Below are positions 13,096 to 25,308 of a stretch of 64,000 nt of DNA, one piece after another. Both the position numbers and the translations under genes were made by a program. Source of the stretch: Parvularia atlantis (lineage: Eukaryota); contig CALSCO010001326.1 in assembly GCA_943704415.1 (NCBI GenBank), forward strand, positions 1-64,000. Direction: 5' to 3'. Every line of letters starts with the position of its first letter. The stretch's first letter is position 1. The notes under the pieces were generated by a model. The model was not told the origin of the DNA. It was given only the letters and a program-made list of their open reading frames with translations, and made no database searches.

Positions 13096-15641
13096 ATGGC
13101 CGAGAACACTGACAGCCTCGCGGCGACGCTCGCGCTGCTGGCCGAGGGCTCAAGCGACGAGCAGAAGCTGGCGGCGCTGCTGCTGGTGGCGCGGACGGTC
13201 GCGCCGACGGACCGCGCGGCCGTGCGCCGAGTGTTTGACGCGATGAGCTTCCGCTTCCTGCGGCGCCTGCTCCTGACCGGTGCGCCCGCCAACCAGGCCG
13301 CGTGGCCATCGACGCTGACCGCGCCGCGCCAGACGAGCCGCCGGCCGAGGACGTCGCGCCGCAGATGCTGCACGAGGTCGCCGCGCACGTCGTCGCCGGC
13401 TTCTGCGAGGACGAGGCGCTGGCCGCGACGGCGCAGGTCGCCGGGCTCGCACCGGCCCTGCTCAAGCTGCTGCGCGGGGCCATGACCGCCGCGCCCGCCG
13501 ACGCCGACTTCGCCGCGACGCTCATGACCGCGCTCGTGGCTATCGTCCTCTCTGAGACTGGCTGCCGCCTCTTTGTGCAGCAGCCGCACGCGCTTGCGCG
13601 GCTCGTCAAGTGCCTCGCGCTGTGGGCCGCTGCGCCGCCCGGTGCGCCACATCCGCCTCCGCCCGCCCGCCCGCCCGCCGTCGCAGCTGACGCCGTGCAC
13701 GTCAGAGACGCCCGTGCTCGAGGTCGTGCAGACGGGCCTCGTCGCGCTCGTGACGCACCTGACCGTGAACGGTGGGTGCGCTCATGCGCGCGCAAAAAAA
13801 AAAAAAGGCGCCGCGGCACTCATCCGGTGCGAACAGGAAGGGCGGCCATGGACGGCGCCGTGCAGCACGAGCTGGCCAAGACCGTGCCGCCGCTGGCGCA
13901 GCTGTTCCGCGCGCGGCAGGACGCGCTCAAGTTTGACTTGCTGCGCTGCCTGCTGCACCTCGTCAAGCTCGTGCACGACGCCGAGGCGCGCGTGTACCAC
14001 GGCAGCGGTCCGCACGGCTGTGCTGACGCGAAGCGGAAACGCAGGAGGACGACGCCGCAGTGCTCGGCAAGGAGCCGTGGGTTGACGACGTGCGCACGGG
14101 CCTGCGCGACATCCTGCTCAGCAGGATCGGCCAGGCGCAGCGCGACCCGGCCCTGGCGCTCGCCGCGGTGCTGCTGCGGCACAGCCACGCCGACTGGGCC
14201 TTTGGGCGCGGCGGCGAGCCCGACACCAAGCTGCCCGTGACCCTCGTCAACCTCGCGTGCATCGAGGTGCGCGTGTGCCTCGAAGACACGTCGCCGGTCG
14301 AGAAAGTGCGTCGCACACGCGCACCCCGCTGCACGCGCGTGCTAACCGCTGTGGTGGCGGCGGACGCAGCGCGAGCAGCGCGCGCAGGAGATCCTCCCGG
14401 TCGTGTACGACATCCTCGAGGTCGTCATGCGGCACTTCAGCGCGGCCGACAGCGCGCCGAGCGCGTGGACGCGCCTGCCGGCCGATACGCTGCTCAAGCT
14501 GCAGACGATGCTGCAGACCGCGTTCGCGGCCGCGCTCAACTACCTGCACGAGTGGAAGGTGCGTGCGTGAGCGCGCGCGCGAGTGCCGACGCTCAGCGCG
14601 CCGTTGCAGATGCGGCAAACGGAGCACCCAGGCAAGGAACCCGTCACACTCGTCCTGGCCGCGACCGCGCGCATCGTCGCCGCCTGGCTTGCGTCCGAGA
14701 CGGGCTCGCTGCGCACCGAGGCCGCCGCGGTCATCCCCGCGCTGCTCGACATCGCGCGCGACTCGGCCGCGGCCGTGGGCGCGATGGACTGGGCGAGCAT
14801 CCTTAGCCCGGCGCTGCTCAGCCTCACGACGGACGAGGCCGGGCGCGACAGCTTTGTGCAGAGCGTGCGCGCGCAACCTGCTTCTGCCGTCGCTCGTGCT
14901 CAGCACCCTGGCCGTCACTCCAGGGTGGGCCGGCGTGGATCACGGACGCGATCGTGCGGCGCCTGGACGTGCTGCGCTTTGAGCCGGACCTGCAGGGCGC
15001 GCTCGAGCGGCTGATCACCGCGGCCGGTGTGCTCGTCAACGTTGTTGCGCTGGACCCGACCGTGCGCTCGCGCTCGGCGCACGCACCACCCGCGGCTGAC
15101 CCCGCTGTGCAGATCGTCGCGCGCGATAGCGCCCTGCGCGAGCGTCTCGGCAAGCTGCTCGACATGAGCGCGGCGCGGCAAGGCACGCGCACCGGCATCG
15201 CCGTCGCCCGCTGATGCGCGATCCTCACAGACGACCTTGTCCAGCCGCAGCCGCCGCGCCGCACGCTGCTGCTGAGCCATCTCGCGGCCGTGCTGCTGTT
15301 TGCGGCGCGCAGCGGGACGTGGCGCACGAGCGAGGCGCAGGACGACGCGCGCATGCAGCTCGTGCTCGCGTTCCTGCGCCGCGGCTGCGAGCTGCGCGAC
15401 AGCCCCGCCACCGACGCACACGAGACGTGGGAGGACGCGTCCGAGCTGTGGTTCCTGTGCCTGAACGGTGCGCGCCCATGCTCCGCTGTGCCATGTGCTC
15501 AACTGTGCCGCGCTCAGCGCTCGGCGTGATGCAGCAGCAGCTCGCGCCCCGTCATCGCGCGGCGCTGTGCCAGGCACCGTGGTGGGCGCAGACGGCGCGG
15601 CTGCTGTCGGGTGCGGCGTCCGCATGTGCACATCGCGGGCT

Positions 15642-15725
<84 letters not shown>

Positions 15726-15829
15726 CGCACACTTGCGCAGAGCGGCGACTGGCACTGTCGCGCGAGAACGATGACGAGGGGACGCTCACTGCGGCCGTGC
15801 GCGCCTTCCCGCCCGCGCCCGCCGTGTAG
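13096..15829 (+). CDS. NCDN: Neurochondrin-like ARM-repeat protein
   Basis: SDEQKLAALLLVARTV, RRVFDAMSFRFLRRLL, GFCEDEALA, GLRDILLSRI, LVNLACIEVRVCLE, ARIVAAWLASET, WEDASELWFLCL. The last exon (15741-15829) follows a (CA)n-containing intron. Confidence 0.82.
15643..15723. repeat. (AC)n microsatellite of ~40 units inside the last neurochondrin intron
   Basis: Uninterrupted AC run that starts within GCTGAC. Confidence 0.97.
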
Positions 15830-15852
15830 ATTACAGGCACACACATCTGCAG

Positions 15853-16389
15853 TTACTTGGTGCGCGCCGGCGCGACGGGCTTCGGGCGCGTGGCAGCCTC
15901 GAGCAAGACGATGAACGTCGACATGTAGACGATGGGCGCGAGGAAGACCACGACGTGGAAGCGCGGCAGCAGGAAGCGGATGCCGAGGGCCATGACGAGG
16001 TGCGCGAGAAAGCCGCTGAGGAGCACGAGGGCGACGTCGACGAGCACGGCGCGTGCGTTGCTGGTCGTCGCGAGGGCGCGCTTGGCCATCGGGATGAAGA
16101 GCGCGGCGGCCGTAGCGAGGCCCGGGTTGTACTGGCCCGTGGTGACGAAAGGCACGAGGTGCGCGAGGATGTTGACAAAGTGGATGCCCATGCCAAACTC
16201 GATCAGGCGCGGGCTGCGGTCGTACAGCAGCGCGCCCATCGCCAGCAACGGCACGACCGTGACCGGGTTGACCACGAAGATAAAGTCCGGGCCGAGCGGG
16301 CAGCCGTCGACGTCGGCGCCGTAGCCGAGCGCGGGGCAGAAGAAGGCGTTGAGGAAGGCGAAGCGGCGGCCGCGCAGGTCGATGCCGTG
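15853..16389 (-). pseudogene. Intronless HXXEE-family-like membrane protein, apparently 5'-truncated or frameshifted
   Basis: HGIDLRGRRFAF..CPLGPDFIFVVN..NILAHLVPFVTTGQYNPGLATAAALFIP resembles HXXEE-domain proteins. The HxxEE motif expected just before HGID is absent, and the nearest upstream ATG (16424) is out of frame. Confidence 0.55.
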
Positions 16390-16510
16390 AACGCGCCGAG
16401 GACGGTGACAGTCGACCGCGCCATCTGCCTGTCTCGGACGCGCCACTTGCGATGCTGGTTGAGCTATACGCGGCGGTACATATCCGCGTATCACAGCGAT
16501 CTCCTGCGAG

Positions 16511-17179
16511 ATGGGCAACCTGTTCACGCGCAGCAGCGACAGCGGCGCCGCCGGCGGCAAGGGCGCGAGCAGCACGGGCGCGGCGCCGAGCAGCATTGCG
16601 CCCACGCAGCAATCGAAGCAGTCGCAGCAGCCGCCGCACGCGCGCGCGCCTCAGCAGAACGGCGGTGACGACGACGACGACGACGACGACGAGGCCGGGC
16701 CCGTCGACGACGACGACGATCGCCACGTGCCCGCGACGGCGCGCGCGCTGCGCCGCGAGGCCGACGAGATGGCGCGCCAACGCCGCGAGAAGGCCGCGCA
16801 GTCGCAGGAGGCGTACCGGCGCGGCGACCGGCGCGAGGCCAAGGTGCTGAGCGAGGACGGCAAGCGGCTGGCGGCGCGGGCACAGCAGCTGCACGCGCAG
16901 GCCGCCAAGATCATCTTCGAGCACGTCAACCGCGCCACCCCGCCTGACTCGATCGACCTGCACGGCCTCCGCGTCGACGAGGCCCTCGCCCGCACCCGCG
17001 AGCGCCTCGTCGCCGAGCGCGCGCGCGGCAGCGCCTACCTCGTGCTCATCGTCGGCGCAGGCCGCCACAGCGAGCGCGGCATCGCGCGCATCAAGCCCGC
17101 CGCCGTCAAGCTCCTGGCCGAGCTCAACCTCGCGGCCACGCCCAACAAGCCCAACCACGGTTGCATCTACGTCGAGTTC

Positions 17180-17223
<44 letters not shown>

Positions 17224-17284
17224 GTCGCAGGCGCCGGCCGAGCGCGTGGAGGAGGACGGCGGGCTGGGCTGTGTGGTCATGTGA
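16511..17284 (+). CDS. Smr/DUF1771 endonuclease-domain protein, intronless, with N-myristoyl motif and C-terminal CAAX
   Basis: DUF1771-like SQEAYRRGDRREAKVLSEDGK..AAKIIF; Smr IDLHGLRVDEA, LIVGAGRHS, IKPAAVKLL, NHGCIYV. Begins MGNLFT and ends CVVM. Confidence 0.9.
17183..17221 (+). repeat. (CAG)13 coding polyglutamine tract
   Basis: Pure CAG run in the C-terminal part of the Smr gene. Confidence 0.95.
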
Positions 17285-17316
17285 CGGCTTACAGATAAAA
17301 ACAGCGTGCTTTGCGG

Positions 17317-20300
17317 CTACGTCCCGGACAGCTGCGCCATGTCCAGGTCGTCCATCCACGCGTCGTCATCGTCCGCAGCGGCCTTGGCCGGATGCTGCTC
17401 CAGCGCCTGCGACTGCTGCTGCTGCTGTGGAGGTGGTGGCGGCAGTGGCGGCTCGGCGATCATCGCTTGCCCCTGGTTCTCCTTCTCGAGCTCAAGCTCG
17501 TCGCGCAGCGCCAGCAGCAGGTCCGTGTCCATGTCCGGGTCGTCCGCCTGCGCCGCCGCCACCTCGGCCACGGGCTGCGGCCGCGCCTGCGCCTTGCGTT
17601 GCGACAACTGCGACGGCGAGAAGGCGGCGGGCGCGGACGCCGACGCCGACAGCGACCGCATGGCCGCCTGCACCGGCCGCATCGGCTCGTGCGTGTGCTG
17701 CGCGCGCGGCGGCAGCGACAGGGTCTGTCATGTCCCGCATCAGTCGCTCGTCATGCACAGTTAGCGCCGTGCGCACCCAGCCGTTGTCCGCGAGCATGCG
17801 GTTGAGCACGACAAAGAGCGCCGAGCCGGCGAGCGTCGACGCCGAGCCGATCACAACCAGCTTGAGCTCGGCGCGCGTTACGGCCACGTTGACGCGCCGC
17901 CAGTCGCGCAGCAGGTCGCCGACCTTCTGCTGCGCGTTGGACCGCACGAGCGAGAGGATCACACAGGACTTCTGCCGGCCCTGCGACCGGTCGACCGTCA
18001 GCACCTCCACGCCCGGGTGCGACTGCAGCCGCTCGTGCAGCAGGCGCAGCTGCGCGCGGTACGGCGAGATGACGCCAATGCGTTGCTCCTCTAGCCCCGA
18101 GCATACGAGCGCCTCGACGAGCTGTGCACGCACGAGTGAGCTCGGCCGGCGTGAGCAATGCGCGCCCGACGCACGTCCACCGCCAGGTCGGCCTCGACAG
18201 CGTTGCGCACGAGATCGCCGTGCTTCGTCTCCTCGGCCGGCACGGCGTCCGTGTCGAGAAACACGACCGGGCGGCTGGTACGTGCGCGCGCGCGCGTGAG
18301 CCCACGCACGGCCGAGCCTGCGCACACGCGTGCACACCTCGGGTCGAGCGCGTGCTGCAGCCAGCAGCGGTCGAGCCGGCACGCGGGCACGAGCGCGGTG
18401 TGGCGCTCGACAAAGTCGCCGCGCCGCGGCAGCGCTAGCCGGCCTCGCGCGACGGCCGCGGTGCCGCAGCGCAGACGCCCGCCGTAGACGAGCTGATTGG
18501 CGAGCGACATGATCTCGGCGTTCATGCGGTACTGGTGCCGCAGCGACACGATCGCGTGCGGGTGCCGCTCCGACAGCTGCTCAAACAGCGAGACGTCGTA
18601 GCCGCCGCGCTTGGCCTCCTCGTTGCGCACCTGCCGCGACCGTGAGCACGGCAGGGGCGTAGAAATGCGCGCGGGCGCACCAGCGGCGGCAGTTGGTAGT
18701 GGTCGCCCACGAGCACAAACTTGCTGGCGCACGCCAGCGGTCCGAAGCAGACTGGGCGGCCAGCGCGCGGCGTGTTGGCGAAGAGTGCGATGCGCCGCGA
18801 GCGACAAGGGCAAGGCGCACCGGGCTGCGTCACTTGCGACGCCTCGTCGACGATGCAGAAGTCAAACCTGCGGTTGGCAAAGAGCGGGCTGCGAGGGCGC
18901 GTTGTGTTGTGTCAACAGCGCGCAACGCGTGGTCCGGCGCGCACTGCATGATGCCGAGACAGGTCGTCGCGACGATCGGCGTGCTCTCGTTCAGCTCGCG
19001 CAGCTCGGCCACCGTTGCGTCGGCGCGCAAACGGCTCGGCGCGCGCTCCGTGTACGGGTGGATGTGCGGGTGCACCTGGCACGGCCACTGTGCGTCAGAC
19101 GCGCACAGGCGCACCCGGCGCACCGCACGCCGACCTTGTCGACGTTGCCCAGGCGCAGGAAAGACGCGCCCGCGTCTTCGTACAGCAGGCGCAGGAGAAT
19201 GTTGTCGACGGCCGAGTGCGTGTACGACGTCAGCAGAACGGTCTTTTTCTGCGCTCGCAGACACGCATCAGCACGAGCATCGGGCGTGCGCGCGCTAGCG
19301 CACCATCAGCACGAGGTAGCGGATCAGCTTGGCGATCGTCGTCGTCTTGCCCGTGCCCGGCATGCCCAGGACGAGCACGTAGTCGTGCGCTGTGGGTGCG
19401 ACGCGTGAGCAGCGCTCAACGGGCTGCGTGCGCGCATCCACACACCCGTCAGGACCCTGGCCACCGCCGCCTGCTGGTCCTCGTTCAGCCCCGACCACTC
19501 GGGCAGGCGCGCACACGTCTCGACCAGCTCGGCCTGCGGCGAGAACTGCGGGGCTGCAGCAGCCCATCGCACGTCAGCAGCGCAAGTGTTGGCGGTGCCG
19601 GTATGCGCACGTTCGCCGTCGACAATGAGGCGCCGCCGTCGCGCGTCGCCGCTGGCCGTGAACAGGTTGAGCAGGTTGGCGCGGATGAGGCCCATGCCGG
19701 CCGTGAGCTCGTCGCGGTCGATGCTGCAAGGCGCGTGAGCACGCAGTGCGCCGCAACGGCCATCGGCGCCGCACCGAAAGAGCGTGTCATGCGGCATGCG
19801 CCCGCTCTGGCGCAGCCGGCCGTCCTCCTCGAGCGACCACAGGCCCTCGAAGCCGTCCATGCCGTCGGCGACGCGCAAGTGCGGATCGGCAAAGACGTCG
19901 CGGTCGAGCGAGAGCGTGATGCTGCGCGACGAGACGTCCTGTCGCGCAGAAGCAGACACACGTTAGACGCGTTTCGCGCCGCTGAGCACCGCGCACGGAC
20001 CTTGACAAAGCCGATCGCGAGCGCAAAGTGGCCCTTCTCCGACGACACCACGACCGGGTCGCCCACGGCAAAGTGCCCGTCGCCCAGCAGCTGCCGCTGC
20101 AGCGCCTGCGGCCGCGCGGGCGAGCGCGCGGGCGAGCGCACGGCCGGGTAACGCGTGGGCGTGGCGAGGGCGTCGCGCGCGCGCCTGGTTGCGCCCGGCC
20201 GTTGTCAGCCCGTGCGCGTGCATGCCAGCGCGTCGCGACGCACCGAAACTTGTACGCGAACGCGAGCCGGTCGAGCTTGAGCATATCGCTGCCGACCGCG

Positions 20301-23300
20301 TCCTCAACCTGCATGTTGGCGAGGCACCTGCGCGCCAGGCGTGTGAGCAGGCACGCGCAGACAACCGGCCGTCCGAGCGCGCACTGGCCCTGCCCCTCGC
20401 GCTCACTGCTCCCGTGCAGCCAGATCTGCCGCCGCCAGTAGCTGACGTCGCCGAGCTCGAGCGCAATCAGCCGGCTCCTGCGGTGCGTGCTGCGGTCAGC
20501 GGCGCGTGCACACGTGAGCCGAGTGCGCACCACTTGGCTAAAAACTCGCCATGCGCGGGCGTGAGGTCGCGCGTGCGCTCGGCAAAGATCGCGCCAATAC
20601 CGCTCGTCGCGTCCGTGCCGTTCTCCGCGAGCTGTGCCCCGACAGGTGGGCAGCATGAGAGCGCGCACACAGATGCAAGAACGCACGCACCTTGTGGTAC
20701 ACGACGCAGCGCTCGAGCTGCTGGCAGTGGCCGCAGCGGTAGGTCGACGGGTTCATCGGCGGCAGCTCTGCGACCGCGACGTGAGCGGGCCCGCCAGCTG
20801 CAACGCGCACGCACCGTTGCGCACGAGGTGCGCCGCGAGCGTGTTGCGCTGCATGATCAGCGAGCCGATGTCGCTCCAGCTTGACGGCACGCGGCAGACC
20901 TCGCCCGACTTGAGGTAGACGAGCACGCCGCCGGCCACGTCGACGTCGTACCGGTCCGCCAGCAGCAGCGTGTACAGGATCAGCTGGGCGCGGTGCGCTG
21001 GCGACGTCGTGTCCTTGCCGGTCTTCAGCTCGAGCGGCGCGAGCGACTGTGTGCGGTGCCCCGAGCGGTGGTGGATCTGCACGCACACGAGCATGAGCAC
21101 GCGTCGAACGCAGCATACGCCGCACCTTGACCTCCACCGTTGCGTCGATCTTGCCCTTCAACCCAAAGCGCGGCGACCAGATGTTCTCCTCAATGTCGAT
21201 GAGCTTGCACACGGACAGCAGCTGCTCGTCGCCCGCCGTGCGCAGCCGCCCCTCGGCGCGCACCGCCGTCTGCGCGCGCAGCGTCAGCACGGCGCACGCG
21301 GCAGCACCGTCGACGCGCCTGGGGCGTCGGCGTGATGAAGCGCAACGCAAACTGCTGAATCGCCGCAAAGTTCTCGGTCAGCACCTGCCGCGCCTGCGCC
21401 TCGTCGACCTTGGCCGCGTACAGGCGCTCAGTGCCGCTCTGCAGCGCGCTCAGCCACGATCACGCACGCGCGCACAACGGCTGCACCTGGATGAGGCTGT
21501 CAATGTCGCGCTTGATCGACTCACTCGAAAAGTCGTTCGTGCGCAGCGCGCGCTCAAACAACGTGTGCGTCTGGCCGCGCCTTGTCAGCCGTGACTGCGC
21601 GCACACCGCACGCGTCACGCCGCGCTCACCATTGAGCCAAACACGAGCGGCGCCGTCGACTCGCCGGATGTGCGGTGCAGTTCGTTGAGCACAGGCTTGC
21701 GTGCGCACGGGAGCGCGTCGGCCAGCGTCGTGCCAGAGATGAGACAGTCTGGGTGCACGACGAGCAGGTTCTGCCGCGCAACGCATCAGACGGCCCGATC
21801 TCGAATGCACGCGTGCAGACACACCTGCTGCGCGTTGATCACGCACACGCTGTGCGCGTCAAACTCGCCCACGACGCCGACCGAGTCACCTGCGAGCGTC
21901 GTGCAGGTGAGGCCACGGCGGGCAGACGGCAGTGCAACTGCAGCCGCGCGCACCGACCGACACCGCTGCCGCCTGCGCCCACAGGTCCTGCAGCACCACC
22001 GTGCGCTCGGTGTTGGATCGCTCGTGCAGCAGCTTGAGCACCTGCGCGCGGACGCTCGCTCGGCACGCGCACGACGGCACAAGGCGTGCACACGAGCACA
22101 CCAGCTCCGGCGGCCGGTAGTACACGTCGAGCACGACGAAGCGCTCATGCACGACCGTGCGGCCGCGCGGCGGTGCTGGCTGTGGCTGCTGCGGGGGTTG
22201 TTGCGGTGGCGCATCGAGGTTGACGGTCGCAAAAAAGTCGTCGAGATCGTCGGCCGCCTCAGGCTGTGCTGGCAGTGCGGCTTGCGGCTGCGACAGCAGC
22301 TCGATCGGCACGCCGGCCAGCACGTCGTCGTCTAGCGCGTCCTCATCGGCCGGCACAGGCGCGGGCGGCGCTGGTGGCGCGGCGGCGGGACCGAACAGCG
22401 CAGGACGCGGCGAGCGGCGCACGGCAGGGCTGCCGGCTTCGACCAGCTTGGGTGGCGACTCGCACGCCCGGGTAGGCGACGGCTCGTCGACGTTGCCGCG
22501 CATTAAATCGCTCAGCTTGGCCGCCGCCATGGCCCGGGTCGCGAGGCGTGGCGAGCGGCGCGGCGAGACGTCGAGCGGAACGGGCACGAAGTGCGGCGGC
22601 GAGTCCTTGACCGGCGTCGGCGCGGCGAAGAGGTTGATCGCGCCTGCCCCGCCGCGACGGCGCCGCACGGTCGGCGAGAGCATGTCCTCGTTCAGCTGCG
22701 CGTGCAGCCCGCTCGGCCCCGGCGAGACAAACACGTCACGGCCCTGCAGGAAGTTGCTGCCGTCGGACGACGTCGACGCGTGCAGTGACTCGTCCTTCGC
22801 CGCAGGCGCGGGCGTGGGCGCGGGCGGAGGCGGCGCGGGCGGCGAGATGCCCTGCTGCGAGATCGGCTCGATGAGTGCTGGTGGTGGTGGCGCTGCTGGC
22901 GCTGGCGGTGGTGGCGGTGCAGGTGCCGACGTCGAACGGGCCGCGCCGAGCTCCTGCATCAGCGCCTTGAGGGCGTCTGGCCGCGCGCGCTTGCCGCTGC
23001 CTGCGCCCGCCACGCCGTCCTTGCCGGCACTGTGGCTCGCGGTAGGCAGATCACCGCGCGCCCGCTTACGCGCCTCGCCGGTGCCAGTCAGCGCGACCGC
23101 GGGCGGGGCAGAGCTCGGGGCGGCTGCGACTGCCCCGACTGCGACCTGCGGCGCGGCGGGCGTGACGGGCGTCGCCACGACGGACGCCGTCGCGTGCCGC
23201 CCGAACGAGCCCGCAACCTCGATCCACGGATGGCTCTGCACAGGCGAGCGGACTCAGCAGTTTTGCGGCAGGTGCGCGTCAACGCACGTCGGAGCGCTGA

Positions 23301-24097
23301 AGCGGCGCGGGCGTCTGGACTGCTGCTGGCGTTGCTGCCGCGGGTGTTGCTGCTGCTGTCGCGGCGCCGATGCCGACGAGCGCCTGCCCGGGCGTGCCCA
23401 GCGGCGCGTAGGACGGCGTCGGCGGCGCGGGCGAGCCCGAGAGGCGCATGAGGCTGTCGATCGTGAGCGTGGCCGTCTTTTTGTCGAGCTCTGCGACGTC
23501 GCCGCGCCGTAAGCAGGCAGCAGCAGCGGACGGTGCACACGCACGCGCACCCTGCTGCAGCCGCTGCAGCCGCAGCAGCGGCGGCGACGAGCGCCAGCCA
23601 ACGACGCTGCCGTCGCCCTCTGCCGATCGCGCCGTTCGCGCGGGCGTCTGCACCGCGGCCTCCATCGGTGTCGTCGGCGTGGGCTCGGGCGGCGGTGCGG
23701 GTGCGGGTGTGGGTGCGAGTGCGGGTGCGGTCGCAGCTGAAGCAGCAGCAGTGACACTCGACAGCGGCTTGAACGGCGCGCGCTTGCGCAGTGCGCGCAG
23801 CTCGTTCGTGCCGCCCCGCCGCGCCCCGCCCGCGGCCGCGCCGACGTCGACCGCGGCCATCGGGCTGCCGACCGACGTCCACACCTCGGCGTTGACCGCG
23901 GCGGGCGCCTGCACGCGGCGCGCGTACTCGAGCATCGTCCCTCTCTGCACGCGTGCGCACCGTCAGCCCTCGACAGCACACGACATCACACGGCGCACGG
24001 CGCACGGCGCACGCACCGGCTCGGCCGCCGTCAGCCCACGGAAGCCCGGCGGCGCGCGATGCGGCGGCTGCTGAGGCGGCGGCTGCTTGGGCGCCAT
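17317..24097 (-). CDS. DNA2: DNA replication helicase/nuclease Dna2 with a long disordered N-terminus
   Basis: [37 protein letters not shown] (Fe-S), [61 protein letters not shown]. The start at 24097 is inferred by splicing the low-complexity exons. Confidence 0.9.
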
Positions 24098-24160
24098 CGG
24101 GATCGGGATGTGCCCGTTGAAGTTGGTGGCGCGACCAGCGATGTTTGGCGCGCAAATCCG

Positions 24161-25300
24161 ATGATCAGGCGGCGCGCCGACGACGCGGACGATGCGGCCG
24201 CGCGGGCCAAGCGGCAGGTCAAGCTGACGGCACTGTGGCACGAGGCGGCCGTCGTCGCCGTGCCGCGCGCGCTGCGCCGTGCCGAGGTCGATCTCTCGGG
24301 CGTCAAGGGTGCGCGCAATGCCGTGTCACCGATGCGGCTCAAGCGCGCGCACCGCAGCGTTCCAGTACGTGACGCAGTTCCTGCCGGACGACGTGTGCGC
24401 GCGGCACTACCGCGAGCTCGCCGCGCTGGCCGACTGGGAGTTCCACGTGCGCCGCCGCGACCTCACCGCCGTCGATGGCTGCGGCTGACACCCGCGCCCG
24501 CACCGCGCGCGACGCGACGACTGAGCAGCAGATCATCCTCGCCGGCAAGGCCTGCATGATGCACCGGCTCACCTGCGCCTTCTCGCTCAACGGCTCGCAG
24601 CTGTACCGGTACAGCGGCATCGCGCAAAAGACGCGCACGTTCGAATCGTGCCCGGCCGTCAAGGCCATCGTGGACGCCGTCGAGACCATGTTTGTGCTCG
24701 ACCAGCCGGGCCACCCGAGGATCAACTACGTACGTGCGCGCGGCCCGTGCGCGCGATGAGTGTGCCGGCGAGCTGACGCGCCGACGCGCAGGTGCTGCTC
24801 AACTACTACAAGGACGGGTCGCATAGCCTCGGCATGCACGCCGACGCCGAGCAGGACCTGATCGGGCCGGTGTACGGTGCGTGTGCGCGCGCGTCGTGTG
24901 CACGCTCGCTGCTGACCCGGGCTGGCGGCGCAGGCGTCAGCCTGAACGAGGCAGCCAGCGACGACAGCCAGCGGCGCTTCTTCGACATCGTCGACAACGC
25001 GACGGGCGCCAAGACGCGCCTGCCGCTCGACAACGGCAGCCTCATGATCATGCGCCCGGCGTTCCAGAAGCTGTACAAGGTGCGCGCGCATGCTGTTGGC
25101 GCTTTATCGCGCTGACGATCGACGCAGCACGGCGTGCCGGCGCAGAAAAAGATCACGACCGGTGCGCCTGCTCGCGTCGTGCTCGCATCGTGCTCGCGCG
25201 CAGCCAGCCCGCTCACGTTGCGCGCGCAGGCCGCATCAACCTCACGATGCGCTCGGTGCGGACCGCGGGCATGTCTTGTCACCTAGCTGAGAAATTGTAG
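24161..25300 (+). CDS. AlkB-family 2OG-Fe(II) dioxygenase (ALKBH2/3-like)
   Basis: YRYSG, LLNYYKDGSHSLGMHADAE (HxD), LDNGSLMIM, LYK/HGVP, GRINLTMR. Confidence 0.88.
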
Positions 25301-25308
25301 GCGAAAAT

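Noticed and set aside
14915..17359. 814-aa minus-strand ORF and many other long Arg/Ala/Pro-rich ORFs
   Set aside because: These are shadow frames caused by high GC and antisense codon bias. This one runs through a microsatellite and opposite real genes, with no recognisable motifs.
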